Shown here piece after piece: positions 6,553-16,590 of a stretch of DNA of 64,000 bases; positions within the stretch are counted from its first letter, which is position 1, and every line of letters begins with the position of its first letter. The notes under the pieces are model-generated. The model was not told where the DNA came from. It made no database searches and worked only from the letters and a program-made list of their open reading frames with translations. Source of the DNA: an uncultured Methanomassiliicoccales archaeon (lineage in GTDB: Archaea; Thermoplasmatota; Thermoplasmata; RBG-16-68-12; EA-27). The stretch lies in contig CAYNEM010000013.1 of the NCBI GenBank assembly GCA_964396265.1, positions 1,681-65,680 of the forward strand, written 5' to 3'. The translations under genes were made by a program, and so were the position numbers.

Positions 6553-9502
6553 GGGAGGTGTTGTCTTGGCAGAGATCGCCCTGACCCCCGCGCTCCTCAT
6601 CCTCCTGATCGTCCTCCTCGTGCTCGGAGCGTTCGCCGCCCGCCGGAGGGTCCTCTTCCGCATCGGCGCCCGCAACTTCATCCGACACAAGTCGACGTCC
6701 GCCCTCGTCGTGGCGGGCCTCCTCATCGGCTCCGCGATCCTCTCCGCCGCGGCGGTCCTCGGCGACTCGGTCGCCTTCACGATCGTCCGCGGCACGTACG
6801 AGGGTTACGACCTCGTCGACGTGGAGGTCCGGGATGCCGACGGCCGGGTGTTCAATGCGAGCGTCTCCGACGCCCTCCTCGCGTCCACGGCGCTGAGGGA
6901 TCGCTCCGATGCGGCCGCGCCCCTCCTGATGACGTACGGAGCCGTCGACGACCAGGACAGCGGCCAGGCAGAGCCCTTCGTCGTGGTGCAAGGGTTCGAC
7001 CCGACGCTCGACCGGGCGTTCGGACCGTTCGACCCTCAGGCGCGCGTCGGGGATCTCTGGGGCGACGAGCTCAACGCGACCTCGGTGTACCTGAACTTCC
7101 GCGCCGCGGACGCTCTCGACGCGAGCGAGGGCGACCGCCTGAACCTCCTCCTCCTCAACCCCGCGTCCCCACAGCCTGCCTTCGCATCGGCCCGCGTCGC
7201 CGCGATCGTCGAGGATTCCGGCAAGGGAGGTTATGGCTCCACCGCGACCGTCTTCTTCCGCCTCGACGCGCTCCAAGCCCATCTTTCCCTCCCGGCCGCC
7301 GTCTCTATGGTCCGTTTCTCCGCCCCCGGCGACCGCGAAGAGGGCGCGCTTTCGAGCGGGCCGCTGGCGGAGTCCGCGCGCTCCGTCATCGCGGGCTTCG
7401 GGGCCCCCGCCGCGCGCCTCGAGGTGCGCGAGGTCAAGGCGGACGCGCTCGAACAGGCTCAGCAGGCGTCCGAAGGGATTCGCATCTTCCTCACGATCAT
7501 GGGCAGCTTCTCCATCATCGCCGGGGTCGTCCTGATCATCAACATCTTCACGATGCTCGCGGAGGAGCGCAAGGTCGAACTCGGCATGGGGCGGGCGATG
7601 GGCATGCGGCGGTCCTCGCTCGTACAGCTGTTCGTCTTCGAGGGCCTTACCTATGCAGTCGCGGCGGCCGCGGCAGGGACCCTCGTGGGGATCGCCATCG
7701 GCGCCATCCTCATCGGCACGCTCAATTCCGTCTTCGGCACGCTCGGGGCGAGCCTTCCCATCGTGATCGTCCCGGGGAGCATGATCGATGCCTTCGCGAT
7801 CGGCGTGCTGCTGACGCTGGCGACGATCTGTTTCGCGGCTTACCGCCTCTCGCGCTTCAACATCATCGTTGCCGTCCGCGACCTCCCGGAGCCCGTGACG
7901 GAGCGCGCGTCGCGTCGGTTCGCGATCACCGGTGCGGCGATCGGCGTCGTGACCCTGCTCCTCGCAATCGTGTCCCGCGGGAATTCGTCGATCATGTCCC
8001 TCCTGTTGGCGGTCGCGGTCATCGCGTTCTCCGTCCCCCTGAGCCGGCGCGTCCCCTCCCGTTGGGCCTACAGCGGCGGGGCCCTGGCCGCGCTGGCGGT
8101 CGTCCTCTGGAACCTGGGGAGTCAGACACCGGGCGAGGGGGGCGTCGAGTCCTTCGCGGCCGGTTTCATCGGCGCCGGGGTGGTCATCGTCTTCGCCGCC
8201 GTCCTCATCGTCATCGCCAACTCCGACTACGTCTCTGCCGGCCTCGCGCGCCTCATGTTCGCCTCCCGTTCCCTCCGGCCCGCCGCCAAGGTCTCCGCGG
8301 CCTATCCCCTCTACCGCCGCTTTCGGACTGGATCGACCGTGGCGATGTTCGGCCTCGTGCTGTTCACGATCGTCGTGCTGAGCATCTTCACCGGGATCTT
8401 CTCGAGCGACATCGACCAGCAGCTCCGCGACCAGAGCGGCGGGTACGACATTATGGGGACGAGCATCGCACCCGTCACCCTGACGAACGCCTCTGCGCCC
8501 TCGTTGGTCGCCCGCGTCGAGAGGTTCGTCCAGTTCGGCTCGATGAACGCCCCGGTGCTTGCGCGCGGCCGATTGCTCAGTCAAGGGGGCGTGTTCGGAC
8601 CCGGCGGCGGCGCAGGCGGCGGGCCCGTGACGGTCCTCGGCGCCGACGCCTCGTTCACCTCGGGGGACACGCCGACCTTGTCGGAGATCGCGCCGGGATA
8701 CGACCGGGCCTCCGCCTGGGCAGCGGTCGAGGACGGGACCGGGACAGTGCTGACCTCCTCGGTCCTCGGAGGCGGCGGCTTCGGCCCGCCCGGCGGCAAC
8801 AACAGCGCGGTCGGACTCGGCGAACCGGTCCAGATCAATGGCACCTCGGGGCCGATGAACGTGACCGCGGTCGGCACCACCCAGTCGTTCTTCATCCAGG
8901 GGATTATCGTCTCCCGCAGCGCCCTCCTGTCCGCGTTCCCGGGTGACACTCGCGCGGTGAGTTCGACGTTCTTCCTCTTCAAGTCGCGGGACCCCGCGGA
9001 CCTCCCTGAGCTAACGCACGATCTCGAGCGGGAGCTGCGTCCGATCGGGATGAACACGGTGAACCTCCGCGAGAGCGTCGAATTGTTTCAGGCAGCCTTC
9101 AACACGATCTTCCTCCTCTTCCAGTCGTTCCTCGCCCTCGGCCTCGTCGTGGGCATCGCCGGCCTCGCGATCATCACCGCCCGGAACGTGGTCGAGCGGA
9201 AACGGGAGATCGGCGTGCTCCGGGCCCTCGGGTTCCGCCGCTCGTTGGTCCTGAAGTCGCAGCTCATCGAGGTGCTCCTGGTCGTCTCGCTCGGGGTGGT
9301 GATCGGTCTCGTCGTCGGCATCGCCTTCGCGGCCCAGCTCTTCGCATCTTCCGCGGTCGCGGGGGTCACGCTCACGATTCCGTGGGACCGGCTCGGGATC
9401 ATCTTCCTCATCACCTACGCGGCGGTCCTCCTGGCCTCGATCGTCCCCGTGCTCCGCGCCGCCAGAATCCGGCCCTCCGAGGCATTGCGCATGATGGAGT
9501 GA
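6533..9502 (+). CDS. ABC transporter permease with two FtsX-type domains
   Basis: 989 aa with multiple TM bundles separated by large extracytoplasmic segments. The C-terminus 'VPVLRAARIRPSEALR' is the FtsX/MacB signature. The start is uncertain (alternative TTG at 6566 behind GGAGGTG). Confidence 0.85.
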   Translation: MRVAPREGGVVLAEIALTPALLILLIVLLVLGAFAARRRVLFRIGARNFIRHKSTSALVVAGLLIGSAILSAAAVLGDSVAFTIVRGTYEGYDLVDVEVRDADGRVFNASVSDALLASTALRDRSDAAAPLLMTYGAVDDQDSGQAEPFVVVQGFDPTLDRAFGPFDPQARVGDLWGDELNATSVYLNFRAADALDASEGDRLNLLLLNPASPQPAFASARVAAIVEDSGKGGYGSTATVFFRLDALQAHLSLPAAVSMVRFSAPGDREEGALSSGPLAESARSVIAGFGAPAARLEVREVKADALEQAQQASEGIRIFLTIMGSFSIIAGVVLIINIFTMLAEERKVELGMGRAMGMRRSSLVQLFVFEGLTYAVAAAAAGTLVGIAIGAILIGTLNSVFGTLGASLPIVIVPGSMIDAFAIGVLLTLATICFAAYRLSRFNIIVAVRDLPEPVTERASRRFAITGAAIGVVTLLLAIVSRGNSSIMSLLLAVAVIAFSVPLSRRVPSRWAYSGGALAALAVVLWNLGSQTPGEGGVESFAAGFIGAGVVIVFAAVLIVIANSDYVSAGLARLMFASRSLRPAAKVSAAYPLYRRFRTGSTVAMFGLVLFTIVVLSIFTGIFSSDIDQQLRDQSGGYDIMGTSIAPVTLTNASAPSLVARVERFVQFGSMNAPVLARGRLLSQGGVFGPGGGAGGGPVTVLGADASFTSGDTPTLSEIAPGYDRASAWAAVEDGTGTVLTSSVLGGGGFGPPGGNNSAVGLGEPVQINGTSGPMNVTAVGTTQSFFIQGIIVSRSALLSAFPGDTRAVSSTFFLFKSRDPADLPELTHDLERELRPIGMNTVNLRESVELFQAAFNTIFLLFQSFLALGLVVGIAGLAIITARNVVERKREIGVLRALGFRRSLVLKSQLIEVLLVVSLGVVIGLVVGIAFAAQLFASSAVAGVTLTIPWDRLGIIFLITYAAVLLASIVPVLRAARIRPSEALRMME

Positions 9503-9560
9503 GGTCGATCATCGGGTCCGCGCCGGGCTAATTCGCGAGAAGTTCACGCAAGTTCGCGGG

Positions 9561-11075
9561 TCAGACGTCGCGTCCCTCCATCCACCGCCGGCTCGCCTCG
9601 ACAAGACCGCGATATCGATCCAGCTCCGCCGCTCGTCGCGCGCTGTCCCAGCCGAGTTCCGCCGCCAAGACGTTCGCGACCTTCGGGGCCTCGTCCATGC
9701 CCTGATCGAGCGTCTCGTGGAATACGTGCGTGCGGCGAATGAACACATCGTCCAGATGCATCGCCATCTCTTTCCTGACGGCACGGGACGCTTCTGCGGT
9801 CACACTCTCGGGTTCTGGTGCTCCGGAGTCTTCGATCCGCAGCGCGGCCGCCGACGTTCGCCCCTCGATCGTTCCCCGAACGCGAGGCGCGATCCGGTCA
9901 AGCACCTCCGCCGCCATCGCGTGCGCGGTCGTCAGCTTCCCGCCAACGACGGTGACCAGGCCATCCGGGTCCTCGACGACTGCGTACTTCCTCGAGACGC
10001 GGGACTCCTCCGACTCGCCCGTGTCCAAGAGGGGACGGAGACCCGCATACGAGCTCACCACATCACGACGGCTCAGGTGGGCCTCGGGGAACGTGGCGTT
10101 GACCGCCTCGAGAAGATAGTCGACGTCTCCGCGCTCGGCGACCACATCATCCCGGTCCCCGCGATAGTCCGTGTCCGTGGTCCCGAGGAGCGAGAAGCGT
10201 CCCCAGGGGATGGCGAACACGAGGCGGCCGTCCGGACCGAACAGGACGATCGCGTGGCGGTGGCCCAGTCTCTCGCGCGGGACGAGGACGTGGACGCCCT
10301 TCGTGGGCCGAAGCCGCAGCCGATGCGCCTCTCCCTGGAGGTCCGGAGCCCACGCCCCCGCCGCGTTGACGACGACCGTCGCACGGACCGTGAACGATTC
10401 TCCGGCCTCTCCATCTTCGACGCGCACCCCGCGGACCGCCCCCCCTTCCCGAAGGACCTCGGAGACGCGCGCGTAGTTCGCGACGAGCGCGCCGGACGCG
10501 TGCGCCGTGCGGACCACCGCCAGGACGAGGCGCGCGTCGTCGGCCATCGCGTCCGAGTACACCCCCGCCGCCAGGAGTCCTTCGCGTCCGAGGCCGGGCT
10601 CGAGATCGAGCGCACCGTCGGCAGACGTCCATCGTCTTCGCGGAAGGGACCGGTCGTTCGACAGCGCGTCGTACGCCCAAAGGCCCAGACGGAGCTGCCA
10701 CGACCTCGGACCGCGCTGGCGGTAGACCGGGATGACGAACGTGAGGGGCTTCACGAGCCCCGGCGCGATCCGCAGGAGGAGATCACGCTCCCGCGCGGCC
10801 TGCCGCACGAGGCCAAAACGAAATTGTCGGAGGTACCGGAGCCCACCGTGGATGAGGCGCGACGTCTTCCCGCTCGTCCCGCTCGCGAAGTCGCCCTTCT
10901 CCACGAGTGCCGTGCGGAGCCCGCGACGCGCGGCGGTGAGGGCGACCCACGCGCCGACGATGCCGCCGCCAACGACCAGGACGTCGACGGGGCCCGCCGC
11001 CATCGCCCGCAGGTCTGCGGCCCGCGTGCGGAACGAGAACTCTCTCACGGCCCCGCCCGTACCACCGCCATCCAT
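9561..11075 (-). CDS. FAD-dependent glycerol-3-phosphate dehydrogenase/oxidase family protein
   Basis: 'DVLVVGGGIVGAWVALTAARRGLRTALVEKGDFASGTSGKTSRLIHGGLRYL' is the GlpA/GlpD N-terminal dinucleotide-binding signature. The track ORF extends to 11159. ATG at 11075 is my preferred start. Confidence 0.8.
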   Translation of the reverse strand: MDGGGTGGAVREFSFRTRAADLRAMAAGPVDVLVVGGGIVGAWVALTAARRGLRTALVEKGDFASGTSGKTSRLIHGGLRYLRQFRFGLVRQAARERDLLLRIAPGLVKPLTFVIPVYRQRGPRSWQLRLGLWAYDALSNDRSLPRRRWTSADGALDLEPGLGREGLLAAGVYSDAMADDARLVLAVVRTAHASGALVANYARVSEVLREGGAVRGVRVEDGEAGESFTVRATVVVNAAGAWAPDLQGEAHRLRLRPTKGVHVLVPRERLGHRHAIVLFGPDGRLVFAIPWGRFSLLGTTDTDYRGDRDDVVAERGDVDYLLEAVNATFPEAHLSRRDVVSSYAGLRPLLDTGESEESRVSRKYAVVEDPDGLVTVVGGKLTTAHAMAAEVLDRIAPRVRGTIEGRTSAAALRIEDSGAPEPESVTAEASRAVRKEMAMHLDDVFIRRTHVFHETLDQGMDEAPKVANVLAAELGWDSARRAAELDRYRGLVEASRRWMEGRDV

Positions 11076-11212
11076 GAGATCGCTGCCGGTGTCCGCGCAT
11101 CCGCCTTGACGGGATGAACGTGCCGCCTGCGCTCTCTTCCTTGTTGCAAGTACGCCCAACCCCGAATAACCTGTGCGCCGCCTTGCCCTTGACGAGATGG
11201 TCGTGGATTCCG

Positions 11213-11620
11213 ATGCCCCTGATCGACGAAGAATGGCGAGCCTTCATCAACGAGTACAACGGTGTGATGGAAGATGTCGAAGCTAACCTCCATGCCGCGC
11301 TTGAAGGAAGTCGACATGCTCTCGAGAATCTCGCAGAGCGAGGAGAAGTTCCGGCTATTGAAGCTCAACCCCCCCTCGACACCCTCCGAGAGTCCCTCCG
11401 CCGAGTCCAAGACCGACTAAACGCGTTCGGGCGCCGAATCGTGCGGATGCGCGAGGCCGTAAGCCTTCATGCGACCCATCCCATCGTCGGCAAACCGGGG
11501 GGGGTGGCCCGCGCGATCGTCCGGGAGCGAAGGCCCTGGTTCCCGCATTTCTCCCAGGAGATGAGGAGAGACGTCTGTAGATGGTCGACCGCTCCCGCAC
11601 GCGCACCTCACGAGGGCTGA
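11213..11620 (+). CDS. Hypothetical protein
   Basis: ATG at 11213 inside track ORF 11114..11620. The first 80 aa are predicted helical and acidic. No recognisable motif. Confidence 0.35.
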   Translation: MPLIDEEWRAFINEYNGVMEDVEANLHAALEGSRHALENLAERGEVPAIEAQPPLDTLRESLRRVQDRLNAFGRRIVRMREAVSLHATHPIVGKPGGVARAIVRERRPWFPHFSQEMRRDVCRWSTAPARAPHEG

Positions 11621-11655
11621 CTCACGTCTCACTCAGTCCCGCCCGCGGGAAGGCC

Positions 11656-12144
11656 TCACGGCGGCCGTCTCTCCGGGCGCTCTTGCAGGAACGGCCCAGC
11701 GCGTCGGACCGCAAAGTCCCGTGAAGCCGGATGCGCAATCCGGCGGAACCGCTCGTCTCCCGCCATCCGTTCGAGGATGCGATCTTCCGTGAGAAACAAG
11801 TCCGACTCCGCCGCTGCGGTCGCGAGGAGGATGCAGTCGAGGAAGTCCGAATGCAACGACCGCAGATCGGCCGCAGCGATGAGGATGTCCTCCCGATGCA
11901 TCGGCACCACCTCGAGTTCCAAGTCTGCGAGGATCGCCCGCAATCCCCGCACGAGACGACCACGCGCAAGCCTTCGCGCGGCCACGAGCTTTCCGCCCTT
12001 CGCGGCGACCTCAAGGATAGAGACCGAGGACGCGAGCGTCTGATGCCCCCGGTCCCGGACCCGGAGGAGGACGTCGGGCGGCGCGGCGGTGACCGCGACC
12101 CCGACCGCCGGGAGCAGGTACGTCGTGTCCAGAAGAACCCTCAT
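11656..12144 (-). CDS. PIN-domain toxin (VapC)
   Basis: 'MRVLLDTTYLL...SILEVAAKG...DCILLATAAAESDLFLTEDR' places the PIN acidic residues as expected. 4-nt overlap with the upstream antitoxin. Confidence 0.85.
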   Translation of the reverse strand: MRVLLDTTYLLPAVGVAVTAAPPDVLLRVRDRGHQTLASSVSILEVAAKGGKLVAARRLARGRLVRGLRAILADLELEVVPMHREDILIAAADLRSLHSDFLDCILLATAAAESDLFLTEDRILERMAGDERFRRIAHPASRDFAVRRAGPFLQERPERRPP

Positions 12145-12383
12145 CGCTCCGCTTCCCGGGACAATTTGGACCGGAGGGCCCGGATCTCGGCGGGGGCGAT
12201 GACGACCTCCGGGGGTTCCCGAAGCACGTCCTTAAGGGCGGGCAGAAGCTCGACCACAAGGCGACCCTCCTCCGTCCGATAGCGGACCTCAGCGCGAGGT
12301 CGGAGGCCGATCTCGTCCCGGAGCTTCTTGGGAGGGAACAGTTCTCCCTTAGCCCCCACTCTTCCGCGGACCGCGTGCGCCAC
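12141..12383 (-). CDS. AbrB/SpoVT-fold antitoxin (VapB)
   Basis: 'GRVGAKGELFPPKKLRDEIGLRPRAEVRYRTEEGRLVVE' is SpoVT/AbrB-like. Translationally coupled to the PIN gene. Confidence 0.8.
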   Translation of the reverse strand: MAHAVRGRVGAKGELFPPKKLRDEIGLRPRAEVRYRTEEGRLVVELLPALKDVLREPPEVVIAPAEIRALRSKLSREAER

Positions 12384-12792
12384 GGGATGATCATAATGTC
12401 CGGCGTACTTATGCCTTTCCGTCAGAATAACGTTCGCCGGATGACTTACGTTTTATCCGGTCGACACCACTTCGCCGGAGCCTTCGCAGAAAGCCCCAAT
12501 CCTTCGGAACATCCTGGGACACCGGGTGGTCCTCGAGCCCGACCGTGACGTACATGCTCGGGGACGACGGGACGGGAACCGCCCAAGTCCGATGACCTAC
12601 GGGGAACTCACGGACGCGCCCCGTCCAACATCCTTCCTTGAGACTTCCGGCGACACAGTTTCGCCTCGCCACTCGTCACCGCCAAGAGTCGCTCGCAGGC
12701 CCGCTTCGGAAGGCCTCCACCGCGCAGGGAGCGGAGTCGGCGAACCTTTATAGAGACGGAATCATGGGGACGAAAGCCTCCGGGGGAGTCCG

Positions 12793-13950
12793 ATGATCGA
12801 CCATGCTCGGGTGCTCGAGGTCCTCGAGGACTACGACCTCGACGACATTCGAATCGCGACGATCGGCTCCCACTCCGCGCTCGACATCTGCGACGGAGCC
12901 GTCGAGGAGGGCTTCCGCACGCTCGTCATGTGCGAGCACGGCCGCGAGGCGCCGTACACGCGGTACCTCAAGGCCACGCGCGCGAAGGACGGACGGCTCC
13001 TGAAGGGCGTCGTCGACGACGCGGTCGTGCTCGATAAGTTCGAGCACGCGACGCACAAGAAAACGATGCGCGCGCTGCGGGAGCGCAACGCGATCTTCGT
13101 CCCGAACCGCTCCCTCACGAGCTACTGCGGCGTCGACGCGATCGAGTCCGATTTCCTCGTCCCGCTATTCGGCTCGCGCAACCTCCTGCGCACGGAGGAG
13201 CGCACGGAGAAACGTTCGTACTACTGGCTCCTCGAGAAGGCGAAGCTCCCGTTCCCCGAGAAGATCGACGGCCCCGAGGACATCGACGGCCTCGTCATCG
13301 TGAAGCTCCCCCATAAGGCGAAGAGGCTCGAGCGCGGGTTCTTCACCGCCGCCAGCGCGAAGGAGTACAGGGAGAAATCCGAGAGGCTCGTCAAGTCCGG
13401 CATGATCGACCGGAAGGATTTGGCGGCGGCGCGGATCGAGCGGTACATCATCGGCCCCGTGTTCAACTTCGACTTCTTCTACTCGCCGCTCCAGGAGGTC
13501 GGGGAGCGCCTCGAGCTCCTCGGGGTCGACTGGCGGTTCGAGACGTCCCTCGACGGACACGTCCGGCTCCCCGCGGACCAGCAGCTCAGCCTCCCCGCCC
13601 ATCAGGGGACGCCGGAGTACACGGTCGTGGGCCACAACAGCGCGACGCTGCGCGAGTCGTCGCTGAACACGGTCTACGAGATGGCGGAGCGCTTCGTCCG
13701 CGTGACCCGGGAGCACCACGCCCCGGGGATCATCGGGCCCTTCACGCTCCAGACGTGCGTCGACAAGGACCTCGGCTTCTGGATCTACGACGTCGCGCCT
13801 CGGATCGGCGGCGGCACGAACGTCCACATGTCCGTGGGCCACCCGTACGGCAACGCGCTCTGGCGGCGGACGATGAGCACGGGCCGGAGGATCGCGCTCG
13901 AGATCCGCAACGCGATCGAGGCGGGAAGGCTCGACGCGGTCGTGACGTGA
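12793..13950 (+). CDS. purP: 5-formaminoimidazole-4-carboxamide ribonucleotide (FAICAR) synthetase
   Basis: 'IRIATIGSHSALDICDGAVEEGF', 'YIIGPVFNFDFFYSP' and 'FTLQTCVD' match the archaeal ATP-grasp PurP family. Confidence 0.9.
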   Translation: MIDHARVLEVLEDYDLDDIRIATIGSHSALDICDGAVEEGFRTLVMCEHGREAPYTRYLKATRAKDGRLLKGVVDDAVVLDKFEHATHKKTMRALRERNAIFVPNRSLTSYCGVDAIESDFLVPLFGSRNLLRTEERTEKRSYYWLLEKAKLPFPEKIDGPEDIDGLVIVKLPHKAKRLERGFFTAASAKEYREKSERLVKSGMIDRKDLAAARIERYIIGPVFNFDFFYSPLQEVGERLELLGVDWRFETSLDGHVRLPADQQLSLPAHQGTPEYTVVGHNSATLRESSLNTVYEMAERFVRVTREHHAPGIIGPFTLQTCVDKDLGFWIYDVAPRIGGGTNVHMSVGHPYGNALWRRTMSTGRRIALEIRNAIEAGRLDAVVT

Positions 13951-13953
13951 GGG

Positions 13954-14859
13954 TCAGTAGACCGTGCCGCAGCGCGTGCACACGTGGCGGCCGTCGCCGC
14001 GGGGCACGAGCGAGCCGCCACAGTTGCTGCAGAAGCGGGCCGCAACGAGCTGTCCCGATTCATTCCACTGGTGCTGGGGCCACCCGCCCGGCGGGGGTTG
14101 GCCGGTGGGTGGTTGCTGCGGCTGCCAGCCTCCCGGGGGAACCGTCTGCTGCGGGGGTGCTTGGTAAGGCGCGGCCTGCTGTGGCGGCTGCTGGTACGCG
14201 GGCGGCGCGGTGGACGGGGGCTGCTGGGGAGACGTCGGCGGCGCCCACACGGGCGGTCCGTAGCCCTGCGGGGGCGCGGGATGTGGCGGAGGCGTGGCCA
14301 TCTGGCGGAACTGCTCTTCCATGTACGCCTGCGCGTCCGTGCGCACGACGGTCGTCCCCGCGAGCCGGTCCGTAATCTTCTGGCGCGGGTCGCCCTCCGT
14401 CCCGATGCCGACGATCCAATCGATGAGGAGGATGAGCCAGTAGAACTTCGAGACGTTCCGGATCGTGGCCTTCACGACGTCGACGGGCCCCGTCGTGCCG
14501 ACGACCTGGAGCTTCATGACCTTCTTGCCCACCGTTGCGCCCCAGAACCCTTCCTGGAGGATCCAGTAGAGGAGGCCGATGAGTCCGATCAGGAGGGTGC
14601 CGATGCCGAAGAACAGGCCTCCGAAGCCCGCGGTCGTCCAGGCCGAGAAGAAGAGCACGAAGACGAGGATGACCGAGACGACCCAGACGATGAGGGCATC
14701 GATGATGAACGCGACGATCCGCTTGATCCAGTGATCCTGCAGGGCCTTGTTCGAGCCGATGATGTTCAGACCGGTGGGCACGTCTTCACCATCCCTTGCG
14801 CGCCCCATCGGAGTCCGGAGCATAAAGCTGTTGGCGCACGTATGAAAGGCGATTTTCAC
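13954..14859 (-). CDS. RDD-family membrane protein with a P/Q-rich linker and C-terminal zinc ribbon
   Basis: 'HWIKRIVAFIIDALIVWV' with 3 TM segments and 'KITDRLAGTTVV' (RDD pattern). A PPQ-rich stretch of about 90 aa follows, then 'FCSNCGGSLVPRGDGRHVCTRCG'. The start could be ATG at 14808. Confidence 0.75.
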   Translation of the reverse strand: MKIAFHTCANSFMLRTPMGRARDGEDVPTGLNIIGSNKALQDHWIKRIVAFIIDALIVWVVSVILVFVLFFSAWTTAGFGGLFFGIGTLLIGLIGLLYWILQEGFWGATVGKKVMKLQVVGTTGPVDVVKATIRNVSKFYWLILLIDWIVGIGTEGDPRQKITDRLAGTTVVRTDAQAYMEEQFRQMATPPPHPAPPQGYGPPVWAPPTSPQQPPSTAPPAYQQPPQQAAPYQAPPQQTVPPGGWQPQQPPTGQPPPGGWPQHQWNESGQLVAARFCSNCGGSLVPRGDGRHVCTRCGTVY

Positions 14860-14872
14860 CGGAGGGAACGAC

Positions 14873-15568
14873 TCACGGTTCGCTGGGCGGAAGCTCCTCT
14901 TCGACGCGTTCCGCCTTCCGCAGGAACGCCCCCGGGACCTCCTTCGTCAGATACACGGTCTTGCCCGCCTTCATGATGACGTGGCCCGCCCCTCGCGCGG
15001 CATTCACGTCGACTTCGAGGATCACCGGCTCGTTCATGTGGACGCGGCCTGCCTCGAGTGCCGCCTCGTACGTCTTGCTCAGGTGCACCATCTTCCGGTC
15101 CGTCGGCTTGAGGCCGGCCTCCAGGAAGACGGGTAATTGTTCCGGGGACGCCGGATAGAAGAGGACCTCGGGGATGTTCTCCGTCGGTAGGTCGAGGTCG
15201 ACGTCGATCGAGTGCCCGTACGTCGCCCGGATGAGGCCGTCCCGGAACTGATAGCGTCCCTTCGGGTCCGTCTCGATCAACCCGACGATGTGGTGCGGTT
15301 TCAGGAACCGCAGGCGGCGGTTCCGGATCGCGGCCGCCGTGAGGAAGTCCCGCAGGTCCACCCATCCGTTCTTGTCCGCCTCGAGCCCGTACCGCTCAGG
15401 GAAGTGCCGGAGGACGCCGGCCATCGTGCGCCCGACGACCTCGACCTCCTCGTCGTTGAGGAGGAACTTCGCCTGGCTTCCGCACATCGGGCAGATCTCT
15501 TCGCGGAAGAAGCCGTGGGAGTGGCATTCGTTCAGCATGGAGCGATGCGCGGAGAACCGCCCGCGCAT
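14873..15568 (-). CDS. kptA: RNA 2'-phosphotransferase (Tpt1/KptA) with an N-terminal zinc ribbon
   Basis: 231 aa from ATG at 15568. 'CPMCG', 'VLRHFPERYGLEADKNGWVDL', 'RYQFRDGLIRATYGHS' and 'MVHLS' match Tpt1/KptA. The rest of track ORF 14873..16336 is an out-of-frame overlap with dtdA. Confidence 0.85.
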   Translation of the reverse strand: MRGRFSAHRSMLNECHSHGFFREEICPMCGSQAKFLLNDEEVEVVGRTMAGVLRHFPERYGLEADKNGWVDLRDFLTAAAIRNRRLRFLKPHHIVGLIETDPKGRYQFRDGLIRATYGHSIDVDLDLPTENIPEVLFYPASPEQLPVFLEAGLKPTDRKMVHLSKTYEAALEAGRVHMNEPVILEVDVNAARGAGHVIMKAGKTVYLTKEVPGAFLRKAERVEEELPPSEP

Positions 15569-16410
15569 TAAAGGTTTTCTGGGCGGCCCGCGCGCGGCTC
15601 GAGGTCCGCCTCGCGCACGGACTCCAGGCCCCGGTCCTTGAAAAAGGCCTCCACGGTCCGGAGGAGCGGCTTCGGCAGGGCCTTCCGGTGGAGGTAGACG
15701 AACCTCGCCCCGGGGGTCCTTGCGATCGCGCGCTCGATGGCGTCCCAGTTCGGGGGGTCGAGCGCGTGCGAGGGGACGAGATGGCCGAAGGACACGCGTC
15801 GCCCGAGGGCCACCTCCGTCACCCGAGGGACGTAGTGACCGCCGCCAACGCCGATCGCGACGGGGTCGCGGGACTCCTGGGCGTCGATCACCGCGCGGGC
15901 GAGGATCGCGGCCGCCCGGGGGTCCGACCATCGCTCCGCGCCGCTCCCCACTTCGACGTAGAACGTAGGGGTCTCCAGGTACGGGCCGTGATGGGTCGCC
16001 TCGTATGAGGACGCGAGTCCATATCCTTGGGCCCCGTCGGCCACACGCAAAAGAACATCCGTCATGAGGCCGGAAGGAACGGGCACGACCTCGCCTGGAC
16101 GACCTCCGAAGTCGGCGGCGTGCCAGTTCCCGATCGGATGGACCGTGAACGCGTCCCGCCCGCTCGCGGCCCGATGTTTGGACACGTACACGACCGCGTC
16201 GGCGGCCACGTTCAGAGCGTCCCGGATTCGCGCGTCGATGTCGTCTGCATAGAGGTGGTGCTCGCGGATCGTGACCAGGAGCCGGTCGTTCCGCCGCCAG
16301 ACCGGACTCCCGTCGAACGTCCCCCCCTCGGTCCAACCACCGACCTCAAGGAGCCGATCGCGTATGTTCACGCTCGCCTCGTCCGCGAGAGAGGCGACGA
16401 CCAGCAGCAC
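15568..16410 (-). CDS. dtdA: D-aminoacyl-tRNA deacylase, archaeal type (DTD2)
   Basis: 'LLVVASLADEASVNIRDRL', 'VYVSKHRAASG', 'FTVHPIGNW', 'EATHHGP' and 'FYVEVGS'. GTG at 16410 gives about 280 aa, typical for the family (the track ORF runs to ATG at 16518). The stop overlaps the kptA start (TAATG). Confidence 0.85.
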   Translation of the reverse strand: MLLVVASLADEASVNIRDRLLEVGGWTEGGTFDGSPVWRRNDRLLVTIREHHLYADDIDARIRDALNVAADAVVYVSKHRAASGRDAFTVHPIGNWHAADFGGRPGEVVPVPSGLMTDVLLRVADGAQGYGLASSYEATHHGPYLETPTFYVEVGSGAERWSDPRAAAILARAVIDAQESRDPVAIGVGGGHYVPRVTEVALGRRVSFGHLVPSHALDPPNWDAIERAIARTPGARFVYLHRKALPKPLLRTVEAFFKDRGLESVREADLEPRAGRPENL

Positions 16411-16519
16411 GCCCGGGCGCGTGGCCCCGTCGATACTTAACGCTTCTGACAGCCGACAGCAACTGCAACGAAACCCGCGTGGAGTTCCGTTATCCTGAGC
16501 GATAACCGCACCATGCACC

Positions 16520-16527
16520 TAATATAT
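16520..16527 (+). promoter_or_regulatory. Candidate TATA box for the giant surface-protein gene
   Basis: TAATATAT sits in the divergent dtdA/surface-protein intergenic region, about 64 nt upstream of ATG 16591. Confidence 0.35.
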
Positions 16528-16590
16528 CGTTCGGGAAGAGCGGGCACGAAGGGCTCCGACCCCCGGTGCCTTCACTTGGAGATCTGCCGA

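Noticed and set aside
12395-12792. 400-nt gene-free region between vapB and purP, examined for a structured RNA (RNase P RNA, SRP RNA or a riboswitch). It contains hairpins such as CCGGAT-N12-ATCCGG (12436-12459) and AGGCC-N10-GGCCT. The track ORF 12409..12672(-) lies here.
   Set aside because: I could not find the conserved RNase P motif (GGAAAGUCC ... ACAGAA) or the SRP helix-8 motif (GGAA tetraloop with AGCA) on either strand. The 87-aa ORF has no motif and an odd composition. I left it unannotated, and a covariance-model scan (Rfam/Infernal) would settle it.
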